Origin: an uncultured Elusimicrobia bacterium
GTDB taxonomy: Bacteria; Elusimicrobiota; Elusimicrobia; 2-01-FULL-59-12
NCBI GenBank assembly: GCA_963702895.1
Contig: OY969767.1
Location: 736,001-800,000 of the forward strand
Direction: 5' to 3'
DNA: 64,000 nt
Of the stretch, positions 20,001 through 35,000 are shown one piece after another. Position 1 is the stretch's first letter. Each line of letters opens with the position of its first letter. The notes under the pieces were generated by a model. The model searched no databases. It had not been told where the DNA came from and worked only from the letters and a program-made list of their open reading frames with translations. Made by a program: the position numbers and the translations under genes.

Positions 20001-23000
20001 TTCGATCAGAACATCGCCGATGCGCTGATCAAGGCCCTGCAATCGCCGAAAGACCAGGCTGATGTTTTGAAGGTGGAATCCCGCCTTGAAAACTCCGAAC
20101 AGAAAGAGGAACCCTCGTCCGCGCCCAAGTCCACTCCCGGCTTCTTCCCAAATCCCTTCGCTTGGCTCTGGTCCAAGATCGGAACCGAGGTGGATGCTTT
20201 CCAGGAACAATCATCGAAACCAAAAGAAAGCGCTGCCGATGCTCAAATCGCTTCCCAACTGGCAGAATTGGAGCGCCAGCTCGGCGAGGAGAAAGACAAG
20301 CACAAGAAAGACCAGCTCACCAAGGAAATTTTCGAGTTGCGCTTCATTCAGTCTCAGCGGGCGCTGGCGGGGAATGTCCGCGCGCTGCCCGATCAGCTCT
20401 CCGCGATACCGACTGAGCAGATCGGGCAAGTCCAAACATGGCTGGTCCTGGCCGGAATGCCCGAGCCGGATGCCGTCGCGCGAGGCTGGAAATACGCGCC
20501 GCAGATGAACGCGTTTCTGCGCGACTTCCAAAAGCAACGGGGCATCACCGGCGAAACCGACGCGAGCGGCCAGCCGCTCCTTCTCGAGAAGACAAAAGAC
20601 GCCCTGATCAAAGCCGTTTGGGCCGGACAGCGCCGCGCCCAGCGTACACAGGCGGACGCGCTGGCCCGTGCAGAAGAGCGCCAGAGACAAGCGCAGCTCC
20701 AAGACGAACACGCCCGGGCTGCTGTCCAAGCAGAGGCCGCCCGGCGCAAGGCCCAAGAAGAAACCACCACTTCTCCTGAGCGCGCGGAGGCCGCTGCTGG
20801 AGCCGTCGAGAATGTTGCCCGCATGAGCACGGATCTTGGCACGGGCGCCGAGGAAAGCCGGCGCGTGGTCGCAGCCCAGCAAAAGATCCCGCCGGGGATG
20901 CTTCCGGCCGTGGAGAAGCTGGTGAACCGCCTGAGCTCCCGGGCCGCCAACCCCCTGCAAGAACGGGCGGTCATTTATGAAGAGATCGTGCAAGTCCTGG
21001 CGCAGGCGTTTAGCCCGGAAGCCCTGAAGTTTGCCCTCCAGGAGCTGATCGCGCGTCATGCCAACGGGTTTTTTGCGGACGTGGCGGGGACACTGGCGGA
21101 ACACTTGGTCGGGCTCCTGGCGCTGGGCTCGTCCGTTTCTCTCGAGATTACGCAGCGCATGCTGAGCCAGACGCCGGACGTCATGGCCATCCCCGACAGG
21201 GGTTTCCGCACGCGCGAGACCCAATTCGCCGACACGAAGCTCCGGCAGTTCCAGGCGAGCGACCGCGGGTTCGACGCGAGCCAGTTGACGATGATCTTGC
21301 CACGCTTCCAGGTCCAGCTGGGCGGTGTGACGAACGCGGGGGACCGTTCTTTCTACGGCAGCCTGGGTGTCATGCTCCCTGTCGACCTGCGCGCGATCGC
21401 CCAGCGCAAGGAGATGGCGCAAGCCTATGCTGAGCTCCTCACCCGCGCGATCGCGGCCAAGAACCAAATGAATTTGGAGTTTATGAAAGGCTGCCTGCAG
21501 CTTCTGGCCTTTGAGGCGGCCATCAAGCAAGCCCAGGCCGCTCAATATGCTCAAGGGATCACCGAGGCCGAGCGTTATGCGCTCGAAGTCCAGGTGGACC
21601 TCCTTTTGGCCAGGCATGCGGAGCTCGCCAGACAACTGAGCGCCGTTTTCAAGGTGCCGCTCGAAGGCAAGGCCATGGGGAGGTTGCTGGGCGAGAAGCG
21701 TCAATCCTATTTTGATCTGCGGGAAAACACCCAGGTACTCGAGCCCGGGACTATCCAGAGTACGCTGGAGGAAGCGACGGAGGATGTGACGGCCTGGCTC
21801 AACCGGGAGTCCATCATCACGCAGGTCACGACCATCCTCCAAGGGCGCCCCGGCGTGAACGTCGAGACGCTGGGCAACAAGCTGCGGGCCGCCCTAAACA
21901 ACGCCGGCCAATCGGCGCTTATGAGCGGCGCGGGGCTCGATGAGGTCGTGCACACGGTCTTACGGGAGGCCCATTTAAATCCGCAGCCGATCGAAGACAA
22001 TAACTGGGAGATCGGTTTCACCCTCGCTCCTGCCCGCGCCGTTCCCAAGGGTTCCGATGGCAATCGCTTGGGCAGAATTCTCCTCGCGATCGGGACGAGG
22101 TCCCGGGGCTCGCTGATGCCGGCGCTCGAATGGAACGGCGGCGTGCGAGGACGCCTGGGCGCCTTCATCCACATCGATCTTATCGATCCTGCGCGCAAGG
22201 GCGAGCTGCCGGCCAAGCTTCGCGCGCTGGAGGCGGCCAAAGCGCGCGAGCGGCAGCTCGATGTCGAGCAGATGCGCCGGGAAGCCGCGTACACCTCTGA
22301 TCTTCTGGCCGGGCCCGCCGCCAGCGGCCAGGCGGCGCCGGAGCTCGTGGGTCGCTACCTCACAGCACGGCTGCAACAGCGGATTTTGGGGCCTGCTTCA
22401 GAGGCGGAACAGTGGCTTGAGACGGCCGTACCGATTCTTGAAGGGACCGCTGCAGATTCCGAATCCAGCCTGCGCGGCATCCTCGCGGCCGCGCGCAGCC
22501 GGGAAAGCGAAGCCGGCGTGTCCGCCGCCCAACTCCAGCTGGGCCTGGTCGAGAAAAAGTCTGGACGCTTCTCCTTGTCGATCGATATCGGGGCCCCCGC
22601 CGGCCCGACGCTCATCGAGCTCGCCTGGGACCGCAGCCGCTTCAAAAATCAGAACCAGATCATCGAGCAATTGCTGAAGATCCAAAACGCCCTCAACCTC
22701 GACCTCGTCGAGTTCCAGACACTGGCCGTCGTGGAAGTGCTCATCGCCGCCCACCAGTCCCCACCGGACTCCCTTGAAGCGAAGGTCGCCTTCAAGCAAG
22801 CGCAGTTCATGCTCCGGCGCCTCCTCGGCCAGGCCGCGCTCAGCCTCACGCTCTCCTCCGACACGCTCGAGGGCCTCACGCGGCTGCGCGAGGAGCTCTA
22901 CGCCCGGCAGAGGGAGCGCCAGGCCAAAGCCACGGAGCTAGAGGCGTTTGTTGCCCAGAAAGTCTATGAAGTGGCTTTACAGAACAAACCGTCCCTTCGA

Positions 23001-26000
23001 ATCACCGTGCCCGCTTCCCCGACCCCGAAGACGGTTGTCGTGGCCATTGCCAAGAATCTGATCAGTGTGCCGGTCTTTCTGGTCAGCTTCTTACGGCATG
23101 GCGTGACGCCGCAAGAGCGCGCCGAGAAACGTGCCATCGATGAGCAACAACGCGCCCTCGAAGAGCAACAACGCGCCCAGGGACAGAAGCCCCAAAGCGC
23201 CCCGAAGAAGCCCATGAGCGAGCGCGAGAAGCGTCTGGATGAACTGGAAAGAAAAGCCCGCGAGGCCGAGGAGCAGGCTCTCGCGGCCCAGATTGCCCTC
23301 GAGCTTGAGCAAGGGGGACCGGGCGTCCAGGTGATCAAAAATAACGCCGGCCAGGTCATGCTCTTCACGGAAGTTCAAGGGGCTAACCCCGCGGGGCCAA
23401 GCCGCCGCTATTTCCTTGTCCGGCCCACGCCCCAGACCATCAAGGACCTCGTGAACTGGCAGCCTGGCCGCAGGGACCAGGAGATCTCGACCCTGACGGG
23501 ATCGTTCCTTGCCCCGATCCTGGTCGCGGCCGACCTCATCAAAGTCGGCGATCTCCATGAATTGGCGGTCACGGAGTACAACAGCGCGAACGGCAAAATC
23601 CTACGCACCTACCACGTCGGCGGAGAAGGCGTCCAGGCGCTGGTGCAGGCGCGGGACACGAACCTCAACCAGGATCTGGTCGGCCAGATCGCGTGGCAGT
23701 TCCTGATATCGGACTTCGTTCTTGGGCTCGGCTTCTCGGGCACGGCGGGCCAGCCCGGCCGCTTGAATCAGGATTGGATGCTTCGCAACATGGGCCGCAA
23801 TTTGAAGGACCTGAGCAGCCCCATGTATGACGTGAGCGCTGTTTTCGGCCATTCTGCTTTCACGGTCCGCGGCGCCTACGCCTACGATTCGCAGAGTTCC
23901 GCGGGCGTGGCCGCCTTGTCGGCGCCACTTGGCGAAAACGCTTCGGCGGGTGTGGGCGGGAAGGTGAACACGACCGGTAAGAGCACCACCATCATCCCTT
24001 TTGGGCAAGTCTCTTACAGCCACCGGAGCGATGCGGAGGGGCTGCTGACCCGCGTCTCCGCCTATTTCTCCCAGGACCAGGACTATATCGACCTGATGCA
24101 GAACCTGAACCGCTCGAGCGCCGTCCAGCTCCGCGTCTTTTATGGAGCGGGCGGACAGCTGGAATTCATGCCTGTCATCAACATCCAGAACGGAAGATGG
24201 GTCTTGGCTGCCAACATAGACCGCCACAACATCGAGCCGTCCTTCACCGCAAGATGGGTGATCAAACATGATCTGGCGGTGCGCATCAACGGCATGTTGC
24301 ACGACGAGCGCAATTACGCGACGTATGTCAATCTGATCAAGACCCTCCCGCGAGGGGGCGAGTACTATGGAGGGGTCCGCGCGACCTCCGAGCAGTCTGT
24401 TCAGATGGACCTTGGCGCGTCGACGAGGCTCAGGAGCCTGACCGTGGAAGGCATGATGCTCTTTGAACTGGAGGACCTCGCAAGAATCTCCTGGGGATTG
24501 CAAGTGGCGCAGCACATCGGACACCAAGGCGGGTCGTCCTGGAGCGCGAGCGTCGGCGGCGACGGGCAAGACAGCTCGCGCTGGGCGTTCATGTTCCAGC
24601 AGACGCTCACGCCTCTGCGTAAACTCTATGGTTTGCCGGGCGCCCCGGCGCCGGGCGTGCCGCCGGGCGAAAAGGACGGGGTCTCGGCGCCATCTGCCGC
24701 CGGCGGTTTCTCGGAGGCCCTGGCCCAAACCTTGGGCGAGAATGCCGCCGCGGAAAAACTCTTTGACCAGATCACCCGCTCCCTCTCGACGGATGCCAAG
24801 GACCTCAAGCAAGCGGCCGAGGCCCTTCGCCGGGAACTGGTCCGCCTGCCGCCCGAGGAACAGGCGCGCCTCGGGCCGCTGGTCCAGGGCCTACTGGACG
24901 TGATCGAAGGGCTGCCGCAAGGGATATCGGTCCTACAGAAAGCAAGCCAGTCCGTCGTGGGGAAAATGGAAGCGCAGCTGGTGCAAATTGACAGGGAGCT
25001 GGAAGCGCTCGCCCCTCGTCATGCCGGCAGCGCCCCAATCCAGTCCACGCGGAAGTCCCTGCGCGAAAAGCTTGACAAGGTGTCGAAAATCCACGCGGAG
25101 GTCCATAAAACTTTTCAGGACTACCTCAAGGCGCTGCAGGACGTGCAAAAGGGCCGGCAGACGCTCCAGGCCCTGGGCATTCAGACGGACCTCTCGGAGC
25201 TGCAGCAGGCCCGCGGAGAGTACCTCAGGAGCATTGAAGCGGTCCACCGGATCTCCCAGGTGCCCCGCAGTGCGCGCTCCTCGCAAGACCGGAACGAATG
25301 GAGGCGCTTTGTCGAGCTGCGGCGCTCGCTGGATCCCATAGTCCAGGATTTCCTTCGCTCGGCGCAAGCCGAGGTTTCGTCCGATGCCCAGCGCGCCTGG
25401 CTGGATTACTTTGTGATTTGGGATTGGATGAATCCGGAAAAGCCGCAAGCCGCCGAAGTGATGAACGTGATGAAGGGCCTCCTGCCGCATCTGGACCGCC
25501 TGGGTCAGTTGGACATGAACAAGAGTGGAGCGCGCGAGCTTCTGGACCAGATCGCGAGCGCCATCCTCATCGGGAAGGTCGACCCCCAGAGCGTCTATGC
25601 GCTCCTCGACCGTGCGGCCGAGATGCTGCCGTCCTTTGCCCGGATGCAAGGCAGCAGTGCCTTTGACCTCAACCGATCGGGCGACCTGCTGGAACTTTTG
25701 CGGTGGGTCCATGGCAACGAGATGGCCGTTGACGCTGTCCAGAAGGACATCCGCCAGGAGAAGCTGCCTGAGTCCCTGGGGACGGTCCGCCAGGGCGCAC
25801 AGGTCCGAGCCGAGATCTTGAAGGATGTCGCCACGCTCTTGCGCCAGATCATCCAAGAGGCCGATCCGGATGGCGAGCAGTTCCGTAGGAGTGATCCACA
25901 ACACCAAGCGCTTTTTGACAACGCCCTCAATGTCCTGGCAGATGCCATCCTGAAGGACGCCTACCTCCGGGGAGCAAGCGTTCCCAAGGCCATGCTCTCC

Positions 26001-29000
26001 GCTCAGATTCACTATTTTGACCTGCTGCTCCAGCTCATCGGGAAAGACAACCTCCAAGGTTTCAACATCGTCGATTATCTCCGGCATCTCACGAATGAAA
26101 AGACCGATACGTCTTATATCCGTTTGGCCTATTGGGCAATCTACGCGACACACAAAGACATTGTCGGCCTAGGAGGCGCGGGGGTGCGCGAGCACTTCCA
26201 ACGGATGCTGAATCTGCGCGAGAGCGTCCGGGAGGCCGGTCTCTTTGGCCGCAATCAGGAGGGCCAGAACCGCGCCTTTGACCCGGAGCGCCAGGAAGAC
26301 GGAGAGCTGTTGAGTTATCTCGCGTCCTTCCTCAGTTTCCATGTGCGCTGGTTCGACAAGCCAGTGAATCTTTCGGGCCTCGTTTCCCTGATGAAAGGGA
26401 TAACACTGAGTTTTCAAGCGCCCTTCGTCTTTTTGCCTGCGCGCTTGGCCAACAACACGATGGAGCCTTCGGACCTTGCTTTGCTGATCGAACAGGCGGG
26501 GCGCCTGTGGGGGAAAGACCGCGCGCCGGAACCCGATGAGCTCAAAACACTCGTAACCAACGCTGCCACCCTCATCGGCATTGAGAAGCTGGGATCCAGC
26601 AAGGACCGCCGCAGCCTCCAGGCGCTGGAGGAGTACAGCCGGCTGGGCGAGCTCATCGATGCCGTCAAGGCCGTTTGGGAAGTGCAGCCCGCCGGCCTCG
26701 GGACCGACCGCGGCGTCGGGGCGGCCCTGGGCTATGAGATTGACCGGGTGGTCGACAAGCGCGAGACCGTTTCACACCGCCTCCAGATTCTCCAGACGCA
26801 GGCAGCCATCAAGAGCCAGCTTGAGGCAATCCTCAAACGGACGCTCCTGCCGCAAACACAGGACCTCGACCTGCTCGACCGCTGGGCCGGGGTTATTCTC
26901 GCGCGCTCCCAGGACACCGACCCCTTGTCGTATTTGAGCCAGTACCAGCGGGAGCTTGCGCCGCTCTTTGGCCGGCAGGAATCCGAAGGGCTGGATCTCC
27001 AGGATCCTGAGGCTTTTAGGATCGTCAACGATCTGGCGATCAACCACGCGATGCGCGCGGGCACCGTCAAGGACGTGGTCCCTCATCGCCAGGGCGACGA
27101 AGTCGAAGTGGAGGTTTCGTTGCCCGGCGTTGTCAAGGCCATGCGCGAGCTGCTTGACGTGTGGCTTCTCGCAGAAGGAAATGGCGAGCGCCACCTGCGC
27201 CTGAAGGACCAAGAGGCGTTTGCTTCGCTGCAGAAATGGGCCATTCGCCACTTGATGGCTGCACGGCTGGGCTATGCCGAAGACTATGTACCCAAGATCC
27301 TCGCGGCGGCCCATGAAGTGCGTCCTATGGTCGAGGCAGAAGAAAGCGGCCGCCTGGCTCCGAACCGGACGCGCGGTGCGCGCGCCAGTTTTGACAAGTC
27401 GCCGCTCCTCGCGGTTCTTGCCGAGTGGCGGATCCAGAACCCGCAGGCAAGCCCCGAGGATATCCGCCGGGTCATTCAGGAGTTCTCCGACAAAAACCGG
27501 ACCGAGACAGGCATCCGGGGACATTCCCAGCAAAAGGAAAGACAGCGAAATCCTTTTCTAGAGTGGATCCGGGCTCTCCGAGAAGGTCCGCCGGTTCAGA
27601 AAGCGCTACCGGGCAATGACGCGAATCGCGCCCCCACGCCCCGGCCGGATGCTGGAAAGCCGGCCACAAGCGCTCCAGCGGTGCCCGTCCGCGCCAGCGC
27701 TCAAGCCGCGCCCCGCGAGGAAGCGCAGCCGCGCGAGTCCCTGACGGCGATTCTTCCCCCCAGTCGCACGATGGTGAAGCGCTCAAGCGTGCGTGCTGAA
27801 GGGCGCAAAAAAGCTGTCGACGAAGAAATTGCCTTTCCTCCTGGCTTTGACAAGGTCAACGTCTCCTTTGTTATCCCGGTTCTTCCGCTTTTCCTCCTCT
27901 CGCGTCTCTTAGGGCGCAAGCACAGGGGCTATTCGCGCATTGCCTTCTCGTTGGGCGTCGTCGGCATTGTTCTCTTGGTCCCTTCCACGGCCGAAGCCCA
28001 GATGCCCCCGGGCGCCCTCACGCCGGACGGCCAGGATCTTCTTGATGCCATACGTGAATTCAGGGAGCCCTGGCGCCTGGGCTATTTCAATGATGATTGG
28101 GGCACCAAGATTGCTGCCATCGGTATTCCCACTCCTGCCGATATCAGTAAACTGAACGATGTAGCGTTCATCTATGGGGGGGCCGCGGACGAGTATTTCG
28201 CCTTGGTCTACGACCGGGTTCACGAACTCGTGGAAGGCTATGTCATGCCGAAGGGTTATGAAACGCCTTTCTTTGTTCTTTCGGGAATCCCCGTCGACGC
28301 GCGTGGCGTCACCGCCGACAATATCCTCGGGCTCAGGCGTTATGTCGACGCGCGCGATTACAATTTTGAGGACAATCAGAAAGCTCTCGAGCTCATTGAC
28401 ACCTTGCTGCGCGACGACTTCCTGAATAGGGCCTTCAAATACCTGAAGGGAATCTCCGTTGAGGACGGAGTAGCCTTGGGGCGCGGCCAGGTGCAGAGCA
28501 TTTTCACGATCTTTCATCCGGATATATCCCCATTGCCTTTACCGGATGGTACGGTTTGGCCAGTTCCTTTCTCCGAATATTCGCTTGCTTCCTTCACCGG
28601 GGCCATGCGCGAGCTCTATGAGATGCATCTTGATTTCAGTCGCGCAGGGCTCGGGGCCGCTTTCCGGGTCCTCTTTCATGACATCAACATCGATGCCTCC
28701 AAAGTCCAAACCCCCGGCAGTGAAGCCTTCCTGATGTCCTTGGTGGGGACCATGCCCTATAAGCCCGAACAGATTCGCCAGGCCCTGATCATGATTAAGA
28801 CGGCCAACCCTGCTTATGTAAGTGCGTTCCGCTATGTCCATGGGTTAAACATCGCCTATGGGAACACGCTCACCGAGGAAGAACGTGATAAGTTCTTTGA
28901 GATCATGAACCCCGGGGGTGTCATGCTGGAAGGGGAGAAACTCACGGAGCACCTGGAGGCGGTGGAGAAGATTTATGAGCTGCATGAGGCGTTCAAAGGC

Positions 29001-32000
29001 GACATGCGTAGCGCGTTCCTGGTGTTTAAGGGGATTGATTTAGCCACGGACCCGCTTGCGCCGGAGGATGTGAAGTCGATGTTTGATTTCGTGGGGGCGA
29101 AGGACCCCTCCTATGACTCGGAGGCGGTGTTGGCGACGGTGCAGATGATTTATGAGGTGAACGAAAAGACGCTCACGAAGGAATTCCTGTATGTGCATGG
29201 AATCGATGTGACCTATGGAAGGGTGCTTCTCCCGGACGAGGCCAAGCGCTTGGCGGGCATCGCCAACCCTGAAGGCGGCCGCGTGGAAGGGGAGAAACTT
29301 ACGGAGCACTTGGAGGCGGTGAAGGAGATTTATGAGTTGCACATGGAAGTGCAAAAAGATCCAAACAGGACCAAATCCTTCAGGATTCTCAACAAAGGCA
29401 TTGATCTGGGTGGGAAGACGCTTGCGCCGGAGGATGTGAAGCCGATGTTTGAGCTTGTCGGAACCCAGGCGGATCCGGACAAGGGAATCTTCAAGTACAG
29501 TAAGGAAGGGACCTTGGTGACCCTGGATGTGATAACGGAGATCAATCAGGGCGGCAAGAAGAGGCTGGGCGCTTTTGAAGATGTGTTCGGGTTTACGGTG
29601 GAGTGGAACGGAAAACCTTTAAGCCCTGAGAATGCAAGAAGGATGGGTACGATCGCGCACCCGGACGGGGAGGCACTCAAGGGACAGGATCTCACGGACT
29701 TCGGGAAGGACGTGGAATACGCCGCGAGTTACTTGACGGAGTTGCGTAAGCAAGAGACCTTAGGGGACCTGAAGTATCTGACTGGCGTCGATCTGCCCAA
29801 GAAGGGCCCGCTCGATGAGAAGCAGGCCAAAGACCTCTTTGGTCTCCTCTACAAGAGCGCACATGTCCGGCATACGTTTGTGGAGCAGGAGAAATTTGAG
29901 GAGGCGGCGCGGGATCTGGGGTATGCGGCGAAATACCTGGAGGCCCTGCGTAAGACACCGGGAGCGCTGGCGGCGTTAAAGGACCTGACCGGCAAAACGC
30001 TGCCTCCTGAGGAGGGGAAGACCCTGAACGGGGAGGAGATGGATGACCTCATTGGGCTCCTCTACAAGGAAGGCGGGGACCTGCACGATTTTGTGAAGGA
30101 AGAGAAGTTTGAGCAGTCGGCACAGGATCTGGTGTATGCGGCGCAGTACTTAAAGGAACTGCGTGCTGAAGAGGGGGCGCTGGAGGCGCTGGCCTACCTG
30201 ACGGACACGAAGCTCCTGCCGCCCAGCGGCAAACTGACCGGGGACCAGATCGACTTTTTGATGGAGCAGCTCTACAAGGCGGATGGCAAAACGCATCAGG
30301 ATTTTGTGGAGGATAAAGAGTTTAGGGAGGCGGCCCAAAACCTCGTCCCTGCGGCGGACTACCTGAAAGCGCTGCGGGCGACGCCGGGGGCGCTGGAGGC
30401 GCTGGCCTACCTGACGGGCACCCAACCCCTGCCGCCCAGCGGCAAATTGACCGGGGACGAGATTGACTTTTTGATCGGGCAGCTCTACAAGGCGGATGGC
30501 AAGACGCTGCAGGATTTTGTGGGCAAGGGGGCGGAGGCGTACACGAAGGCGGCCGAGAACCTCGTCTCAGCGGCAGAGTTATTAAAGGATAACGAGTACC
30601 GAGAGTTTTATCAAATCCCAGAAAACTTTACGTCTGATCCCGACACCAATCGAGAAGTTATCGAGTTTGTGATAGATCAGGTCTTCACCTTCATCGGAGA
30701 TAAGCGCTACTACACTCAGGGCGAAAGGTTCGTGGAATCTTACCTTCGGGAAGTTCATTTGATGCTGGCCCTGAAGCGGCATATCGAAGGCGTTCGACCG
30801 CTTTGGGAGCTGCTCAATGGCGGCGAGGATTTTGTCTTGGCCTATAACTCCACTCCCCCGCAAAATAAGGATGACGTATATGGCAATCCTTCACAGCGAG
30901 GAATAGACGTTCAATTCCTCCGAGACCTTGTGGGCCTGATTGGCCCGGCGACGCAGTACGGCTTCCAGGATGAAAACCAGCTCTTCGCGATGCTCGACAC
31001 CGCCGCCAAAGTCGCCCCCGCGGCCCAGGAGTACGTGAAGATCCTCCTGCGCGATGGCCAGCTCGGCGAGACCCCGACCCCGAATGTGTACGGGCTGAAA
31101 GTCGATACGGCCGCGCGCGAGCTGCTCTTCTCAGTGGCCGCGGAATTCTCCAATCGCGGAATGTCCAGCCTCCTGGGCATCGACGGCGCGGATCACAGCC
31201 TGGAGAAACTGGCGCTTGTGAAAGCCGCGCGCACGCTCCGCGAAGAAGGCTACTCTGGCCCATTGGATCTTAAGACCTTTGCCCAGCAGCTCAAGGTGTA
31301 TGGCATGGAGCGGGAAGCCTCGGACGTTGTGCGCCTGCGCCAGGCCGCCAGCCGCTACGGCAGCCGCAACGGCGAGTACGCGTTGTCTTTTGCCGCGGCC
31401 AAGACCCTCGAAATCATCCTCTTTGGGGCGGACGAAGTCGGCAAGTACCATTACGTTCTGGAAGGAGTGGGATCCAACGCCGGCTGGGCCGCCCGCCTCA
31501 CGACACCCGCACGGGCCACGGTGACGGACCCCGTCTACGCGCATCGCAAGATCACCGACACCTACACCGCCTTCGGAACGATCCAATCAACCGTGATCGA
31601 AGATCCTTCCGGCTATGAGGACACGGTGACGCTCACGTACGACCAGGATGGCCGCCCCTCCGGGAAATACATTGGGAATGAGCGCGCGGCCACTTATGAA
31701 GCGTGGCGTGTCAAGCGGGATGACCCGGCCTTTAAAGAGCTTGAGCGCTGGATCGGGGCGGAAGCGGCAAAAGCCTTTGCCGAAGTCGACCTCATAAAGG
31801 AAACGGACGTCGAAACCGGCCGCAAGTCGTTGTCTTATTACACCGTCACCGGCGCAGATACTGTTGTCCCCGGAGACCTCATCGCGCAGCAGGTGGGTGA
31901 TGAAGTGACCCTTGTCCGGGACATCGGCCTGGACACCCGGCGTGAGGCCTGGCAGCTCGACTCCTCCGGCCTGGACGCCCGGCGTGAGGCCTGGCAGCTC

Positions 32001-35000
32001 GACTCCTCCGGCAGGCCGCACCAGCTCCTGCGACGCTACCAGACCCAGCGGGCGCTCTCGGATGATCCCGGCAGGAAATACTGGGTGCCGGTGGAAGTGA
32101 CGGACGTGCTCAAGGACGACTGGTCGCGATTGGAGTTCTACAACGCGCGCGGAAATCTTGTGGAGCTTTACGAGCCGTCCGCGTCGGACAAGCACAGCCG
32201 GGACGGGATCCATTGGACCAGAGTCGAACGGGACCGGCAGGGCCGGGAAACAAGCCGTGACGTGTACTACTCCGCTTCCGGGGCGATGCCGCGCGTCGCC
32301 AGGGTGGATGACCAGGGCCGCCCGGTCTACGAACCGGCTGAGTTGGCCCGGCTTGAACACATGCTGCATGCCAGCATCGGGGGCACCTATCAGGGAGCGC
32401 CCATCCAGCGTTACAACCCGGCGGACGGCAGCGCCAACGTGATCATGGAGGACCTCGTTCGCCATCAGACGAGCCTGGAGCGTTACAGCGTGAACGGGCG
32501 CCTGAGCGAGCGCACGGTCGGCCGGGAACAGACCTTCTTCGATGCCTCCAAGCCGGTGGAATGGCCCACCCACAAGATCGATACGGTGAGCGGAGAACGT
32601 TTGGAAGAGTACGTGGTCATCAACGATCCCAAGGAGATGGAGCGTTACGGGCGTCCGGCCAAAGCTGGCATCGATTACAACATCGTCTCCTCTGGCGTCA
32701 TCCTCGTTCGTAGCCACGTGACGCTCTCCAGCAGGGTCGAGATCTATGAACTGGCCCGCGTGACGAGACGCGTGGCCACCCAAGGCACCCTGACGGAGAT
32801 CACCAATATCACCTACAGGCCAAACGGAATCGAAGAAGCTTACGATGTCACCGTTTCCAAAGACGGCCGGACCATTGAGCGCCGCCACGTCGAAGACCTG
32901 TGGTGGGAGCCCGGAACGGGCATCGGCCATGGGACCGAGACGAAACTGGATACCGGCGAGAAAGTATCCCGCTTGGTTGACATAAACGGTCATCTTTTGG
33001 CCGAATTCTCGGTTGGCCGGGACTTTGGCACGCTCACTTTCGTAGACCGCGATCCGAAAACAAACCATGAATCCGGCCGCCGCACCTACGGCCTGCATCG
33101 CAACGCTGTGAATCTCGACCCCGTTGATCGGGAAAATCTCACGCTGGCCAAGCTCATTGCGCTCTCGAGCAACCCGAGCCTCGCGCAGCTGCGCTCCGGC
33201 TCAGGACCCCCGGTTTATCACGTGGATGGAACGGTGACGGTGCCGATGTGGGATGTTCAAGTGGATGAGAATGGAAACGCGGTTGGAAAAGAATTTCGAG
33301 TCGATCATCGCGACAGCCTGGGACGGCTCCTGCGGCAGGAACGCGGCGACTTCACCATCGAATTTGATCCTGCCCAGCCGGTGGAAGTGCCCCTCTTCAA
33401 ATACCGCACCGCGGATCCCAAGAAGACCCCGGTGGAAACCTATGAGGTCCGTCTCCATCGCACCTTGCTGGGGCGTCTCACGCTGGGGCTTTTCGGACGG
33501 ATCACTGGAACGACGGTCGTTACACGCGACCTGCTCCACAACCAGACCTACGAAGATTCGTATGACCTTTTCGATCCTTACCAAGATCGGCACACCGTTC
33601 GCGACGTCGCTCACGGTGTCACCGGTGTTTCGACTCCTGTCTTCAATTCCTTCGGTCTCCGGACCGGCACCCTCACGGTGTACACCTCACCGGAAGGCCA
33701 GGAAACCACCGAAACACAGATCGAGCGGGGCGGCACCCAAGAGGACCCCTCCACCATCACGCGCGAGGACAATCTCACAACAGGCCTGAGCCTCCGCCGG
33801 CAGACCGATGCCAGCGGCAGGGTGGTGAAGGAAGCCACAGTCAACGCGAAATTCAATACGGTCACCTTCGTCGATTACGACAGCGCGGGCGAGGAAGCCG
33901 CCCGGCGCACCTATCCTGTGCCCGGCGGCATGAGCATAGACCCCGAAGCGTTTGCGCGGCTGTCGGAGCGCGAGGTTGTCTTCGCCCTGCTGGGTCCGGA
34001 GCGCGGCGCCTTGGCGATGGCGGACCGCGTGTCTCGTCCGACCCTGATCCGTTCCGAGGCGCCGCGCTACCGCGCCGACGGGTCCTTTGACCAGGTGCAG
34101 TACGATGCGGTCTATGATGAAAACGGCGAGTTTATGGGGGAAATCAGGAAGGAACAAGTTCGCAGCCGCCTCGGACGACTGGTCACGGAAAAGGTCGGTG
34201 TCCCGGCGACAGGCATTTACGTCACGACCTACAACGCCCGCTGGTCCGTCGCCTTCCCTGTCGAGAAAACCGCAGACGGCCATCCGATGGAACGCTACAC
34301 CCTGCGCCTCGGCCCCGGGATCCCCGGCTTCGACTGGACCGCTGCCATCCTGGATGTCCGGAACACCCGCGACAACAAACAATGGACGGACACCTACGAC
34401 GTCTTTGTTGGCTTGGTGGAGCATGCGATTGCCGGCACCCAGAATGGCGCCTCCGCGACCGAGCGCACCCGCCCGCTGCGCAACGCCCTTGGGATCGTGA
34501 TTGGCGGCGAGACCTTCTTTGAATACGAGAACGGCGAAAGCATCAAGATTTACGACGACCGAAACGTCGGTGTCAACGCCGAAAGGCAGGAAGTGACCGT
34601 TCGGCGGCGGATGACCGCTCCCGCCTCCGTCCGCGGCGAACGTCTGCGCGAAATTACTCCGTATGACGCCTTGATCCTCCAGGCGGCCGGGGACACCGGT
34701 GTTTCCGAACGGTTACTGAAGTCAATCATGCAGGTCGAATCCAGTTTCATAGAGACCGCCCAGTCCGAGAAGGGGGCCAAGGGTCTGATGCAGCTGCATC
34801 TGCCGGAGGGGGATGCGGAAGCCGCGGAATTCTGGCGGACCAACTACGGCGTGAGCGATCCATTTAATCCTGAACAAAACGTCCGAGCCGGGAGCCGGTA
34901 TTTTAGAGACCTACTGGAGCGTTTCAACGGCGATACGGATAAGGCATTGGCGGCCTACAACGCTGGGCCGGGCGCGGTGGAACGGGCGGCGAAAAAATGG

